This document shows, in pieces, positions 31,795-42,862 of a stretch of DNA of 64,000 nt; the first letter of the stretch is position 1; every line of letters starts with the position of its first letter. Source of the DNA: an uncultured Gemmatimonadaceae bacterium (GTDB taxonomy: Bacteria > Gemmatimonadota > Gemmatimonadetes > Gemmatimonadales > Gemmatimonadaceae); assembly GCA_963817955.1 (NCBI GenBank), contig CAWFQK010000001.1:495117-559116 (forward strand). The letters run 5' to 3'. The position numbers were made by a program, and so were the translations under genes. Under the pieces are notes generated by a model. That model saw only the letters and a program-made list of their open reading frames with translations. It did no database searches and had not been told where the DNA came from.

Positions 31795-32894
31795 CGAGAC
31801 CGAGGCTGGTAGTCTCCGCTCGCTCGATATTGAGCTGGGGTTTGCAACCCTAAGCTGGTGTGAGGTCGCAAGTTGTTGTAGTCCGCACGCCATGTCGAGA
31901 GCTCCGTCTGCGCTTCTCGAAGCGAGGCAAACCAATGACGCGTTAGGCACTCACGTCTGAGCGAGCCATTGAAGGCCTCACAGACGCTGTTGTCCACGGG
32001 TTTCCCCGGTCGGCTGAAGTCGAGCTGCACGCGATTCCAGTACGCCCAGTGATCGAGCGCCGTCGAGGTGAACTCGGTGCCGTTGTCGCATTGGATGAGC
32101 GGTGGGAGCCCGCCGACGCGATCGCCAGCGTCGCTCAGCATCCGTGCGACATCGTTCCCGCTGAACGAGCGGGCTACTGCAAGGGCGACGCACTCACGCG
32201 AGTAGACGTCCACCAGCGTGAAGACGCGCACATGCTGCCCCGTCGCCAGGACGTCGTGCATGAAGTGCATCGCCCAGCGTTCGTTCGGTGCGCCGACGGC
32301 GACCCGCGGCTGCCGGACGGTGGAGGAGCGGCGCCGGCGGCGCCTCGGCTTGAGCTGCAGGCCCTCCTCGAGGTAGAGCCGGCGGACCTTCTTGAGATTG
32401 ATCACGAGCCCATCGCGACGCAGCATCGTGTGCAGCCGCTTGACGCCGAAGAACGGGCGATCCTTCGCGAGTTCGTGCAACCGGCGCCGCACCGGGGCAT
32501 CGTCCGGCTTCACCGACTGGTAGCGGATCATGGCGCGATGGATCGCAAGGCCGCGGCACGCCCGTCGTTCGCTCACCTGAAACGCGCTCTGTGCCCAAGC
32601 AAGCATCGCGCGTCGCTGGCTTGGGCTCACCATGATTTTTCCAAGCGCCTCGCGCAGCATCGTCTTGTCGAGCGAGAGATCGGCGACCACGCCCTTCAGG
32701 CGTCGGTTCTCGTCCCTCAGCTGCTTGAGCTCTCGCAGCTCGCTGACGTCCAACCCCGTGTACTGCCTCTTCCAGCGGTAGAACGTCGTCTCTGTCACGC
32801 CGAGCTTTCGGCAGATGTCGACCACCGTCGTCCCGCTCTCCGCTTGCCGCAACGCCTGGAGGATCTGCTCCGGCGTGAACTTGCTCTTCCGCAT
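31788..32894 (-). CDS. IS3 family transposase, OrfA and OrfB fused in frame
   Basis: MRKSKFTPEQI HTH, leucine zipper, then rve core (WAMHF, CDNGTEF, PGKPVDN..EAFNGSLRRECL, YNNLRPHTSLG). Confidence 0.9.
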   Translation of the reverse strand: MRKSKFTPEQILQALRQAESGTTVVDICRKLGVTETTFYRWKRQYTGLDVSELRELKQLRDENRRLKGVVADLSLDKTMLREALGKIMVSPSQRRAMLAWAQSAFQVSERRACRGLAIHRAMIRYQSVKPDDAPVRRRLHELAKDRPFFGVKRLHTMLRRDGLVINLKKVRRLYLEEGLQLKPRRRRRRSSTVRQPRVAVGAPNERWAMHFMHDVLATGQHVRVFTLVDVYSRECVALAVARSFSGNDVARMLSDAGDRVGGLPPLIQCDNGTEFTSTALDHWAYWNRVQLDFSRPGKPVDNSVCEAFNGSLRRECLTRHWFASLREAQTELSTWRADYNNLRPHTSLGLQTPAQYRASGDYQPRSRR

Positions 32895-33131
32895 TTTAGG
32901 CCTCCTCTCTCTCCCGAGAGTTTGGCCTCTGTCCACTACCCTGTCAAAACGGGGCGCCGCCTGGACTCAGACTCGGAGACCCAGGCCGACCCAGGACTGG
33001 TCACATCAAGCCATGATTTACGCTGTGATTTTCGTACCTAGGAGATCGAACATCTCTGCGTCCGCCACAAGCCATCAGTATCCTCCTGGCTTCCTGCGAA
33101 CAGGACTATGCTATTCCCTTCTTTGTTCGGC

Positions 33132-34154
33132 TCACGTACATCGTCCGCCGTTATCGTCATGTCGTGAGATGAGCTGCAGGTCTCTAAGCCAGCACGAGAG
33201 GAGATCAAGTTCCTCTCTTTGAACGACCTCTACTTTACCTAAGGCTTCATAAGCATTCCACAGATTATCTGTGAGAGATTCTCGCGAACTGATGGCCGCT
33301 CCCACAGAGTCCCAGACATCGTAAGTCTTTAGGTAGCAAGATACTTCCATTCGAAAGTCGTCCAAGTAATCATGATAGTTGCGTTCTTGACTCACGGTTG
33401 CCCCTAAAAAGCCCAAGCGGTAGCCATATAGCCACATGATTGGTTGTACAACAAATCCCCGAAGAATATCGGTGAACCTCATGGAGACGGTCGAAGGAAG
33501 GTACAGCAAAGGAAACAGATCCCGTGAGAACAAAGTGTTTTGGGAATTCATGGGACAGACTGTTCCCTTGGCCAAGACAAGCGGCTTTCGCTCGCGAAAG
33601 ACGCAAGGTTCATCAAGAACCAAACGGTAAATTGCGTCAACGTCCGGATCCCCGTCAGCCAAGCCCTGCCAAACGCCTATTCTCGCCTGCTCTTCCGAAA
33701 GATCCTTCTCGCACAACACGGTACTGTCCATCTTCACCATGTCTAGAGGAAAACCTCTTGGCCAGATGTGTTGCTCCGTAAAGGATCTGTAGACATTTAC
33801 AAAACCAAGATCGGCTGAGGTCGTTGGAAATATCCCCTCGAGCGAAGGAAATGCCCAGTTTTCCTTTGGAAGATTATCATCGTCAGTGTCTACGATCGCT
33901 TCAGCGCCTGCTTCAATGGCATGAAGGTAACCGAGATTCTTCCTTGAGTAGTGATTGAACGGAAGCGTCTTGGCCAGTTGGTAAGCGCTCTCTAATTGGT
34001 CCTGAACTGAGATGAAGCGAACCCCTTCCCACTGCCAGTCTGTTGGCGTCTTTCTGTCTGCCACTACCACCATTTGGTAATCCTGAAACTCCGCAAATCG
34101 CCGCACCGAATCAGTTGGTGCGTTGATGCTTGTCATGACAATGAAGCGAGCCAT
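33132..34154 (-). CDS. STELLO/DUF288-like (GT75-related) protein
   Basis: IVMTSINAPT, VVVADRKTP, SRKNLGYL, DTDDDN, WPRGFPL, QGLADGDPDVDAIYRL, NSQNT, RFTDILRG. Confidence 0.8.
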   Translation of the reverse strand: MARFIVMTSINAPTDSVRRFAEFQDYQMVVVADRKTPTDWQWEGVRFISVQDQLESAYQLAKTLPFNHYSRKNLGYLHAIEAGAEAIVDTDDDNLPKENWAFPSLEGIFPTTSADLGFVNVYRSFTEQHIWPRGFPLDMVKMDSTVLCEKDLSEEQARIGVWQGLADGDPDVDAIYRLVLDEPCVFRERKPLVLAKGTVCPMNSQNTLFSRDLFPLLYLPSTVSMRFTDILRGFVVQPIMWLYGYRLGFLGATVSQERNYHDYLDDFRMEVSCYLKTYDVWDSVGAAISSRESLTDNLWNAYEALGKVEVVQREELDLLSCWLRDLQLISRHDDNGGRCT

Positions 34155-34591
34155 TCGTCAACTCCTTCTTTTGCGCCAGGAACTGAATTCGAGAGTGAGG
34201 TCGCGGATCTTCTCTGTGGACTCTGACGGGCCGGTCGTCCCATGGGGTAATTGCTGAAAGCCGTCGACATGTCTCTTCAATGCACGCACATCCCAATTCC
34301 CGCAAGTTGCACGATGACTACTGCCCGACTTCAGGTTTACGTGACTGCGTGGACACCTCCACAGGTGTGGATGTACGCCCACTCGTCAGCCATTGAGCTG
34401 CGGAGAATGTCGAGCTGCCGGAGATCCCGCAGATGCGCCCGACGATCTGCTTTGCGGCAGATGGCGAGAATCACGGTGCTTATGATCTCATTGCCCGTCA
34501 TGACGTTGGATCCGTTTGCTACTTCAGAGGTCGCAGCGTTGCCGAACATCTTCGGGCGATGTTCTGGATGCCCACGCAAGAACGGGCTCGC

Positions 34592-35536
34592 CTACGCGAC
34601 TCGTGACATCCAGTCGGCATAGATCTCCGCCAACGTTTGCTCAAGGCTGTAGTCCTGGCACCAGCCCAAATTCTGTATTTTTGTCGGGTCTCCAACCAGA
34701 AGCAGCTCATCCGAAGGTCGTAGAAGCGCCGGATCCTGTGAGACTCTGACATGTAATCCTGAAATGCCAATGAGCGTTTCCAGCACCCATGCCATCGTGT
34801 ACGCTCTTCCGGTGCAGATGTTATATGGCTCGCCCGCATTTCCTTTGTCGACGAGGTGCATCATCGCTCTCACTCCATCGCGCACATCCACAAAATCCCG
34901 TGCTGTGTCAAGTCGTCCCACCCGAATTTCCGGCGTACGAAGGCCCCTTCCTATCATCGCCAGTTGGCGAGCGAAATTCTGTATCGCGGTAGCCGGTGGA
35001 TGCCCCGGGCCCACATGAATGAAGAGACGGGGAAGATAGACCTGCAATCCATAATTGGCGAAGTACTGATATCCGAGACACTCGGTGGCCACTTTACTGA
35101 CGCCATACGGACTGACTGGCGTGAGAAGCCTTTCCTCTTTGACGGGCGACTCTGTCAGCGGTACCACGCCGTACTCAGCGCTACTACACGCTATTAAGAC
35201 CTTCGCATTCGGGCAAAATTCGCGACAGCATTCAAGAAAATTCATTGTGCCCACCACGTTAGTACTCATGGTAGTGTGCGGTGCTTCCCAGGAAACGCCA
35301 TTGAACGCTTGAGCAGCCAAATTAATGGCCAGATCAGGAGAAACCTCCCGAAAAATTTTCTGAAGAACCTGCTTCTCAAGAATATCGCAAGTATAGAAAT
35401 GGTCACTTGCCGAAATGGAATGCCTCGCCGATGCGCCCACCCTCGCCAAGCCAAATACCTCGTGTCCTTGAGCCTTGAGATGCTTGACGAAAGCTGTGCC
35501 AATCATTCCTGTGCTTCCGGCTATCAGTACCTTCAT
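34592..35536 (-). CDS. rmd: GDP-4-keto-6-deoxy-D-mannose reductase-like SDR (Rmd-like)
   Basis: GSTGMIG, NLAAQ, SSAEYG, SPYGVSK, RLFIHVGPG, GRLDTARDFVDVRD. Confidence 0.7.
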   Translation of the reverse strand: MKVLIAGSTGMIGTAFVKHLKAQGHEVFGLARVGASARHSISASDHFYTCDILEKQVLQKIFREVSPDLAINLAAQAFNGVSWEAPHTTMSTNVVGTMNFLECCREFCPNAKVLIACSSAEYGVVPLTESPVKEERLLTPVSPYGVSKVATECLGYQYFANYGLQVYLPRLFIHVGPGHPPATAIQNFARQLAMIGRGLRTPEIRVGRLDTARDFVDVRDGVRAMMHLVDKGNAGEPYNICTGRAYTMAWVLETLIGISGLHVRVSQDPALLRPSDELLLVGDPTKIQNLGWCQDYSLEQTLAEIYADWMSRVA

Positions 35537-36349
35537 AATGTCAGCGACCTGGGTCTGTAGGCTGTTGGCGAAAGAAACGTCACTGGATACAATGGGCTCA
35601 ACTTCGCGCGAAAGTTCAACTGGACCATCGAATCGGCCGCCTCTTGATCAACCAAGCGGGTGAAGCTAATGCCTGTTTCAGGCAGCGGCTTCTACCGAAT
35701 AACACTATTGACCTTCACGATTGTACATAGCCAGGTCCAGCCCTGCATGCCAAAGAAAATGACGGACGGTTGCGGGGTGTCGTTGTAAGTAGCAAATGCC
35801 ACGACACCCGTGCGCCTTCAGGGTCGGCACGGAGTCTGGGCGCGCGTTGGCCATGCGGCATTGATGATCGCGTTGGCCTGCTCCTCACGATTTCAGTTCG
35901 GGCGCATAGGCTGGGGGAACCGTGGCATAGTCCCGCGAATCGGTGGCCAGGAACGCCTGCCCGACGTGGGCGGTATGCGCCGCTGCCTGATCTCAATAAC
36001 CAGCAGCGGTCGCGCCAAGACGCGGCGGAAGCCGCATCAGAGGCGACATCACCGGAATATCAACTAGGCGCCGGACATTCCCGAACCGTCGCCGTGCCAC
36101 GCGGTCAAGCGACCGGCCGGCGTCACTGCGATGATGCTCGAGGTTTCGCGCCGCTTGCTCCGGCGACGCAACGCCTTCTTATGCCCGCGCGGGGCCACGC
36201 CGCATTCAGGCGGGCTCGAAACGAGTGACTTGTTTCGTCTCACGCTGGCAACGACACTTCGCTCGCGCCGAGCTTCTATCAGAAGTCCGTTTGCAGAACT
36301 CGACGACCCATTCCAGAATCTCGTCGGCGGTCTTCGTCCACACGGAGAC

Positions 36350-37645
36350 CTAGTCCAGTGGAGTTTGGACGCTACCTCCCTGAGCCCACGAATGTTCGAC
36401 CGAGACAAACCCAAAATTATCGTCATCATCTGAACATCCTTCCGTCGTTAGAAGACAGACTTCAAATGAGGTCACATCCGGCACCTCGTCGTAGTCTACC
36501 TTACCCGACCTAGCGCCTACGTGGACCGTATAGGTTCCAGGCTTCAAACAGTCGGTCGCTACGGAGAGAATGAGCCGGCCCATACCATCACGAGCAGGGC
36601 TGAAACCTGCCGGGCTGTGAAATGTACAGAGTCGCTGTCCAGTTATCGTGTTTATCCCGAGTCCGACCCTCAAGTCAGCAAGTACAGCATCACAAAGAAA
36701 GCAAATTTCAAATTGAAGAAGCTCTCCAATTCTATAGATAAGTTGATCACTGCCCCCCAAGAGAGACACTTTCATGATTCGGAAAGGTGAGTCGACCAAA
36801 GACACTCGCCTCCTCCTCTTAGAGAGGTCGACCTCTCGATTTCTTCCATAAGCAGCATCTTGCAAGTAGTGGTCTGCTACCTGTCGTGCACTCCCGGTTT
36901 GAGTGACTGTACCTCGTTCTAGAAGGATTCCCCGTCCACAAAGCTGAAGAACTGATGCGATGTTGTGACTAACAAACAACACGGTCCGTCCTTCCTGCGC
37001 GACATCTCCCATCTTTCTCAGGCATTTCTTCTGAAAGGCTGCGTCTCCCACTGCCAAAACCTCATCGATCACCAATATCTCCGGCTCTAGGTGCGCAGCC
37101 ACAGCAAACGCCAAGCGAACATACATGCCGCTGGAATATCGCTTGACCGGAGTGTCCAAGAACTTCTCAACGTCGGCAAAGGCCACGATTTCGTCGAACT
37201 TCCTCTTTATCTCGACACGTGTCATTCCCAAGATAGCACCGTTCAGATAGATATTTTCGCGACCGCTTAGTTCCGGATGAAAGCCAGTGCCTACCTCCAG
37301 CAGACTAGCCACCCGCCCCCTGATGCTCACTCGCCCGGCACTCGGTTCGGTGATGCGGCTCAGGATCTTAAGCAGCGTGCTCTTGCCGGCGCCGTTGCTG
37401 CCGATGATACCCACTGCTTCCCCTCTCTGAATCTCAAAGCTCACATCCCTCAGCGCCCAAAGTTCCTCCAACGCATCGCCTTGAATGACGGGTTTACCCT
37501 GCATCAAGTCTCTAGTCTTGTTCCATAAACTGAGGGCGCTTTGCGTCAATACATCCCGGAAAGTAAGGTAGCCGACGTCTTCAGCCTGATGTCCAATGAT
37601 GTAGGTCTTGCCCAACTTCTCGGCTTTGATCACGACGCCAGACAT
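36350..37645 (-). CDS. wzt: Polysaccharide ABC transporter ATPase with C-terminal carbohydrate-binding domain
   Basis: [45 protein letters not shown], plus a ~170-aa C-terminal extension. Confidence 0.93.
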   Translation of the reverse strand: MSGVVIKAEKLGKTYIIGHQAEDVGYLTFRDVLTQSALSLWNKTRDLMQGKPVIQGDALEELWALRDVSFEIQRGEAVGIIGSNGAGKSTLLKILSRITEPSAGRVSIRGRVASLLEVGTGFHPELSGRENIYLNGAILGMTRVEIKRKFDEIVAFADVEKFLDTPVKRYSSGMYVRLAFAVAAHLEPEILVIDEVLAVGDAAFQKKCLRKMGDVAQEGRTVLFVSHNIASVLQLCGRGILLERGTVTQTGSARQVADHYLQDAAYGRNREVDLSKRRRRVSLVDSPFRIMKVSLLGGSDQLIYRIGELLQFEICFLCDAVLADLRVGLGINTITGQRLCTFHSPAGFSPARDGMGRLILSVATDCLKPGTYTVHVGARSGKVDYDEVPDVTSFEVCLLTTEGCSDDDDNFGFVSVEHSWAQGGSVQTPLD

Positions 37646-37648
37646 AGC

Positions 37649-38518
37649 CTACACCACGTCCGCAAATGTTCTTTCCATCTTCCTAAACTGGTAAACGCCC
37701 AGCCAGAGAAAGAAGGCGACGACTACCAAACTATAGGCGAAGTCGGGCCAATGAATGAAGCTCTTGCCGCCCAGAATGCACCACCGGAAACCATCAATTA
37801 CACCGACCATAGGATTTAGGCTGTAAAGTAGCCGCCATCGTCCCGGCACTAGGTTGCTGCTATAACCAACGGGGGATACATACAATCCGAACTGCACGAC
37901 AAAAGGAATCACTATCCGAAAATCTCGATACTTAACATTCAGTGCCGTGATCCAAAGACCTGGCCCCACACTTGTGAGCAGAGCCAACAGAGTGAACACC
38001 GGAAGCAGCAGTAAATGCCAGCTCGGCACAACGCGATAGTAGGCCATCAACACCAGCAGGATGACCAGGCTAATTAGAAAATCCGCAAACGCGGTCACCA
38101 TGGCCGCGATAGGGACAATCAATCTAGGGAAGTAGACCTTGCTGATCAAATTCGCGCTGTTGATCAGGCTATTGGAAGCGTCGCCAAAAGACGTGGCAAA
38201 TAGAGTCCATGGCAACATGGCCGCGAAGACCAACAGTGCGTAGGGTGCATTGCCGTCGCTGGGTAGCTTGGCCATCTGTCCAAAGACCACAGTAAACACC
38301 ACCATCGTTAGCAGCGGTTTTAGGATCGCCCAAACGACTCCGATGACAGTTTGCTTGTAGCGCACGGAGATGTCTCGCCACGCGAGGATCAGAAAGAGCT
38401 CTCGAAAGCGCCACAGATCGATCCAGTAGTTCTTGTCGGCCCGACCAAACTCCAGCACTAGCACGGGTTCTGCTAAAGATTCAGTCGCACCTCTCATCGG
38501 CAACACTGGAGTGCTCAT
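37649..38518 (-). CDS. wzm: Polysaccharide ABC transporter permease
   Basis: LWRFREL..RDISVRYKQT, KVYFPR, YRDF, LNPMVGVIDGFR, ERTFADVV. Confidence 0.92.
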   Translation of the reverse strand: MSTPVLPMRGATESLAEPVLVLEFGRADKNYWIDLWRFRELFLILAWRDISVRYKQTVIGVVWAILKPLLTMVVFTVVFGQMAKLPSDGNAPYALLVFAAMLPWTLFATSFGDASNSLINSANLISKVYFPRLIVPIAAMVTAFADFLISLVILLVLMAYYRVVPSWHLLLLPVFTLLALLTSVGPGLWITALNVKYRDFRIVIPFVVQFGLYVSPVGYSSNLVPGRWRLLYSLNPMVGVIDGFRWCILGGKSFIHWPDFAYSLVVVAFFLWLGVYQFRKMERTFADVV

Positions 38519-38677
38519 CTGACCGTTACTCAGAACAAGATATCGCTCGGATTCGTCGGAGGCTTGAACAACAACATTCGCGTTCTCCGACGACGCGCGT
38601 ACGGATTGCGCGACGAAGAGTATTTGCGATGGAATATCCTCACGCGCATGCAGCCTGTGCTCTAAATTGCTCACAAA

Positions 38678-39000
38678 TCACCCACCCGTATTCCTTAAAG
38701 ACCTTGTAGTATTAGACAGGTCGCGAGGTAGTTCCAGGCCGTCGTGCCTGCGAGGCAAAATAAGCATGGGCGGCAGCCCATCTGTCGGAACTTTCGCAAT
38801 GCCAGCAAAGATCGCCGTGAATATCACAGTGCTAAGGATGGGCTGAATAACAAACCAGAGCGGGCCGAGAATGGTCTGCGTGCAGACGGCCACGAAGTCG
38901 CGCCGTACTAGGGGCCAACGCAGGTCGCGTTAGCGCCAGACGTCGTCGAGGTGAATATCCCACGACTTCGTTTGGGGCCTGATAACAAGGATCGGGTGCT
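38678..39000 (-). pseudogene. wzm: Truncated second wzm permease
   Basis: ILVIRPQTKSWDIHLDDVWR*RDL..VRRDFVA..QTILGPLWFVIQP..IAKVPTDGLP; premature TAA at 38930-38932, then truncation. Confidence 0.8.
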
Positions 39001-39015
39001 CGGAGGACGTGGGCC

Positions 39016-39987
39016 TCAAACACAGCGCGCATTGAAGTCCTTGTAGGCAACCACAAGTCCCTTCGCGAGCGTCGTCGTCGCCTGCCACCCCAACCCGTTC
39101 AATCTGCGGCAGTCGAGGAGCTTTCGTGGCGTTCCATCTGGCTTCGTTGGATCAAACACGATTCTTCCCTCATAGCCGACCGTCAATGATATTGCCTTCG
39201 CGAGCTCGACGATTGTAATGTCTTCGCCCGCGCCGATGTTCACCACCGGTGCCAAGCCGTCGTTGCGGTCGGCCGCCAGCAATGGCCAGTATACTTCGTC
39301 CGGCAGGTTCATCAGATGCACACAGGAGTCGGCCATGTCGTCGACGTACATGAACTCGCGGCGTGGAGTGCCGGTCCCCCAGATCGTGACACTCGGCGCC
39401 CCGCTCGTCTTTGCTTCATGAAACCGCCGGATCAGCGCCGGAATGACATGGCTGTTCTCTGCATGGTAGTTGTCCCCTGGGCCATAGAGATTCGTCGGCA
39501 TCGCAGCGAGGAATTGCGTGCCATGTTGCCGATTGTAGCTCCAGCACATCTCGATGCCCGCAATCTTGGCGAGCGCGTAAGGCCGATTGGTCGGCTCGAG
39601 CGGGCCGGTCAACAGCGAGTCTTCCGAGAGCGGCTGCGGTGCCAGCTTGGGATAGATGCAGCTCGACCCCAGAAATAGCAGACGCCTTACGCCGTTCTTG
39701 TAGGCGGCGTGAATGACATTCGCCTGCACGGCAAGATTGTCGCGAATGAACTCCGCCGGGTAGGTGTTGTTAGCATGAATTCCCCCGACGCGCGCGGCGG
39801 CTAGATAGACATCTCGCGGCTTCTCCGCGGCGAAGAATCCGTCGACCGCACGCGCGTCGGTCAGATCGAGCTCGGCATGCGTGCGCATGACGATACGAGC
39901 GCGCTCGCCGCGCGCCTTGAGGTTTCGCACGATGGCGCTGCCTACCAATCCGGTGTGCCCGGCGACGTAGATGCTCGAGGTGGGCAC
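39016..39987 (-). CDS. fcl: GDP-L-fucose synthase
   Basis: [59 protein letters not shown]. Confidence 0.95.
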   Translation of the reverse strand: MPTSSIYVAGHTGLVGSAIVRNLKARGERARIVMRTHAELDLTDARAVDGFFAAEKPRDVYLAAARVGGIHANNTYPAEFIRDNLAVQANVIHAAYKNGVRRLLFLGSSCIYPKLAPQPLSEDSLLTGPLEPTNRPYALAKIAGIEMCWSYNRQHGTQFLAAMPTNLYGPGDNYHAENSHVIPALIRRFHEAKTSGAPSVTIWGTGTPRREFMYVDDMADSCVHLMNLPDEVYWPLLAADRNDGLAPVVNIGAGEDITIVELAKAISLTVGYEGRIVFDPTKPDGTPRKLLDCRRLNGLGWQATTTLAKGLVVAYKDFNARCV

Positions 39988-39991
39988 GCCG

Positions 39992-41113
39992 TTATCGCTC
40001 CATACCGACGGACACCGCGTAGCCGTGTAGCTGGAGCAGGGCGTGACGCCTCGCCTGAACCAGATCGTGCGAGACCATCTCGTCGATCATCTCGTCGAGC
40101 GTGATCTCCGGCACCCACCCAAGCTTGGCCTTCGCCTCACTCGGGTCTCCGAGAAGTGTCTCGACCTCGGCGGGGCGAAAGTAGCGCTGGTCAACCTTGA
40201 CGATGACCTGTCCGACGCGTAGGGCCGGCGCATCCTCGCCCTCGATTCTCGCCACGAACCCCTCTTCTGTCACTCCGCGTCCGCGCCACTCCAGCGTGAG
40301 CCCCAACCGCGCCGCCGCCTTCTCGACGAACTCGCGCACCGCGACCTGTTTGCCCGTCGCTATGACGAAATCCCTCGGTTCCGTTTGTTGGAGCATCATC
40401 CACTGCATTCGCACGTAGTCTTTCGCGTGGCCCCAGTCCCGCAGCGCATTGATGTTGCCGAGGTAGAGACATGGCTCGAGGCCCTGCGAGATGTTCGCGA
40501 GCGCCCGCGTGATTTTGCGCGTCACGAACGTTTCGCCGCGTCTTGGGCTCTCGTGGTTGAAGAGAATTCCGTTGCAGGCGTACATTCCGTAGCTCTCGCG
40601 ATAGTTCACAGTGATCCAGTACGCATACAACTTTGCCACGCCGTAAGGACTGCGCGGGTAGAACGCCGTGGTCTCGCGCTGTGGCACTTCCTGAACGAGT
40701 CCGTAGAGCTCGGAAGTGGACGCCTGATAGAACCGTGTCTTATCGACCAGCCCGAGAAGTCTGATTGCTTCCAGCAGCCGAAGCGTGCCGATCCCGTCCA
40801 CTTCGGCGGTGTATTCCGGACTCTCGAACGACACGGCTACATGACTCTGGGCGCCGAGGTTGTAGACCTCATCGGGCCGGACCTCCTGCAGGATGCGCGT
40901 CAGGTTACTGCTGTCGGTGAGGTCACCGTGATGCAGCACGAAGTTGCGATGACCGAGGTGCGGATCGTGGTACAGGTGGTCGATGCGCTCGGTGTTCAAC
41001 GACGATGCGCGCCGCTTCACCCCATGCACTTCGTAACCCTTCTCTATCAGGAATTCCGCGAGATAGGATCCGTCCTGTCCGGTGACGCCGGTGATCAGGG
41101 CTTTGCGACTCAT
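39992..41113 (-). CDS. gmd: GDP-mannose 4,6-dehydratase
   Basis: [60 protein letters not shown]. Confidence 0.96.
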   Translation of the reverse strand: MSRKALITGVTGQDGSYLAEFLIEKGYEVHGVKRRASSLNTERIDHLYHDPHLGHRNFVLHHGDLTDSSNLTRILQEVRPDEVYNLGAQSHVAVSFESPEYTAEVDGIGTLRLLEAIRLLGLVDKTRFYQASTSELYGLVQEVPQRETTAFYPRSPYGVAKLYAYWITVNYRESYGMYACNGILFNHESPRRGETFVTRKITRALANISQGLEPCLYLGNINALRDWGHAKDYVRMQWMMLQQTEPRDFVIATGKQVAVREFVEKAAARLGLTLEWRGRGVTEEGFVARIEGEDAPALRVGQVIVKVDQRYFRPAEVETLLGDPSEAKAKLGWVPEITLDEMIDEMVSHDLVQARRHALLQLHGYAVSVGMER

Positions 41114-41152
41114 TTTCTTGCTATCCTTTGACCGTCAAGTAAGTCGGGATCA

Positions 41153-42211
41153 TTATCGGGCATTCCATTTGAGAAATCGTGGCGTCGCATTCTCGATCAG
41201 TCGGAAGAACTCCCGCGCATCCTCGCTCTTACTTCGCCGTGCTGCCGCCAAGGCGTCGGTGAGCAAGGCGAAGATCGCGCCGAACATCGCGCCGGCGATC
41301 CCACCGAAGCTCGCCTTCAGCGCCGATTTGCGAGGCTCCCCCATGAACGCGAGCCGCGGGCTCTCGAACACCGTGATCACCGGGGTATCGCGGATCTCAC
41401 GGATTCTTGCCTCCTCTCGACTTTGGAGCCATGAGGTATAGAGCTGGCTTTGCCGCGTTACTTCGCGTTGCAGCCGATCCCGCTCGAAAGCGAGGCCCGG
41501 CGATCTGCCGATGTCCCTATTCGACTGAAGAAAGGCCTGCAATTTGTCCTCTGCGCCGCGAAGGGCTCGTTCCGATTCCACGGCCTGCGCTTCCACGAAT
41601 TGCCGTTCAACTGCAGCCTGCGACTTACGCGTATCGAGATTGAATTGGTTGACCCGATGCACTAACCGATTCGCGAGCGCGAGCGAAACGCTTGGCCATT
41701 TGGTTTTCACCGACACCGTGACCCCGCCGATCTTCTTCTCCTCGTTGGCTGCGATCATGCCATTGAGCGCGCCGACAGCTGTGGTGACCGCACGCTCGCG
41801 GGTTGGAGCCTTGATCTGGAGGAGGTCCATGAGCGCCATTCGCCGCCCCCCCTCCTCCGCCACGACAACGGTATCCAATGCGATTGGTTCGAGCAGGGCG
41901 CGTGATCGGATCAACTCCACGTACATCGGGGGACCCCAGCCTCCAGCGGCGGATGGGACGTTGAAACCGAACTGGCTTGCAGCCAGCGCGAGACCCGAGG
42001 TACCTCCCTGCGATCCCTGAGGGATGAAGGTGGCGGACGACATGTACACCCGTGGTTTCGAGAGCCCGTACGCGAGTCCGAGCCCGAAGCCGACCACCGC
42101 CATCGCGACGATTTGCCATCGCCACCGGACAATGAAACTGGCGATCGCGAATACCGAAATCTCGTCTTCGTCGCGATTCATCCACGCTGGACCGGCTGTC
42201 GGTTCAGTCAT
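41153..42211 (-). CDS. Wzz/Wzc-N-like polysaccharide co-polymerase (no kinase domain)
   Basis: DEDEIS, N-terminal TM, PRVYMSSATF, long coiled coil, Pro-rich segment and C-terminal TM. Confidence 0.78.
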   Translation of the reverse strand: MTEPTAGPAWMNRDEDEISVFAIASFIVRWRWQIVAMAVVGFGLGLAYGLSKPRVYMSSATFIPQGSQGGTSGLALAASQFGFNVPSAAGGWGPPMYVELIRSRALLEPIALDTVVVAEEGGRRMALMDLLQIKAPTRERAVTTAVGALNGMIAANEEKKIGGVTVSVKTKWPSVSLALANRLVHRVNQFNLDTRKSQAAVERQFVEAQAVESERALRGAEDKLQAFLQSNRDIGRSPGLAFERDRLQREVTRQSQLYTSWLQSREEARIREIRDTPVITVFESPRLAFMGEPRKSALKASFGGIAGAMFGAIFALLTDALAAARRSKSEDAREFFRLIENATPRFLKWNAR

Positions 42212-42241
42212 TGCACCTTGAACATGATATTGTCTGATGAG

Positions 42242-42784
42242 CTATTTGCCGTGCGCGGCCGTGACCAGCGCAGACCCAATCGTGAAGGCGACCCCACGCC
42301 CAATCTCAGCCACCCACAGCACTAGTTGGCGTCCGCTCCTCCGCTCGCGCACGATCCCGCGAACTCCGCGGAGCACGCCTTCCTGAACGATCACTTCGTC
42401 TCCCGGTACATAGTCGACGCTCTCAGTCACGGCTTCAGGCGCTGCGCCCACCGCGTTCGATCGCGTCGCGTAACGAAGTGACAAAACTATCGGCAAGAAG
42501 AGCCGGCTTCCCACGCTCTGTGATGACCGTCAGAACCCCTGGAGTCCGAAGAATCCGATGCCAGTCGGCGTTGGTAGCCTGGGCGAAGAGATAGCCTGGG
42601 AAGAGGGGACACTCGACTTCCCGCCAACGGTCACTCCAGCGGTGCCGCTCCTTCACGATGGGAAGCCAAGGGGACAGTCCAAGCGCCGCGATCCGCCTCT
42701 CGACCTGCTTCTCGGCTCGCGATTCGGCCCAGATCACGAACCATGGGTCAGTCTGAGCTACAGAGAATCAGTATTCTGAATCAT
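42242..42784 (-). CDS. NusG paralogue (UpxY/RfaH-like antiterminator), copy 1, apparently frameshifted
   Basis: WFVIW.ESRAEKQV, RWSDR..VECPLFPGYLF, KOW motif GDEVIVQEGVLRGVRG; 1-bp indels near 42760 and 42448. Confidence 0.85.
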
Positions 42785-42862
42785 GGCTACCTAAGTGCAT
42801 GGTCAGTCACAGAACGTGACGAACCACGAGAAATGCCGTGACGAATCCAACGAGCTACGACC
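42785..42862 (-). promoter_or_regulatory. Conserved leader with two CGTGACGAA direct repeats (42815, 42837)
   Basis: Near-identical to 47524-47602; the repeats have a 22-bp period and overlap the palindrome GTCAC-N5-GTGAC. Confidence 0.55.

Larger units (their letters stand above)
31693..32988 (-). mobile_element. IS3 family (IS407-like group) insertion sequence
   Basis: Imperfect terminal IRs: CGGCCTGGGTCCCCGA (31693-) and the reverse complement of TCGGAGACCCAGGCCG (-32988). Transposase lies inside; no clear TSD. Confidence 0.85.

Noticed and set aside
34158..34590. GT2 pseudogene
   Set aside because: Only a faint ISTVILA..R resemblance, too weak to call.
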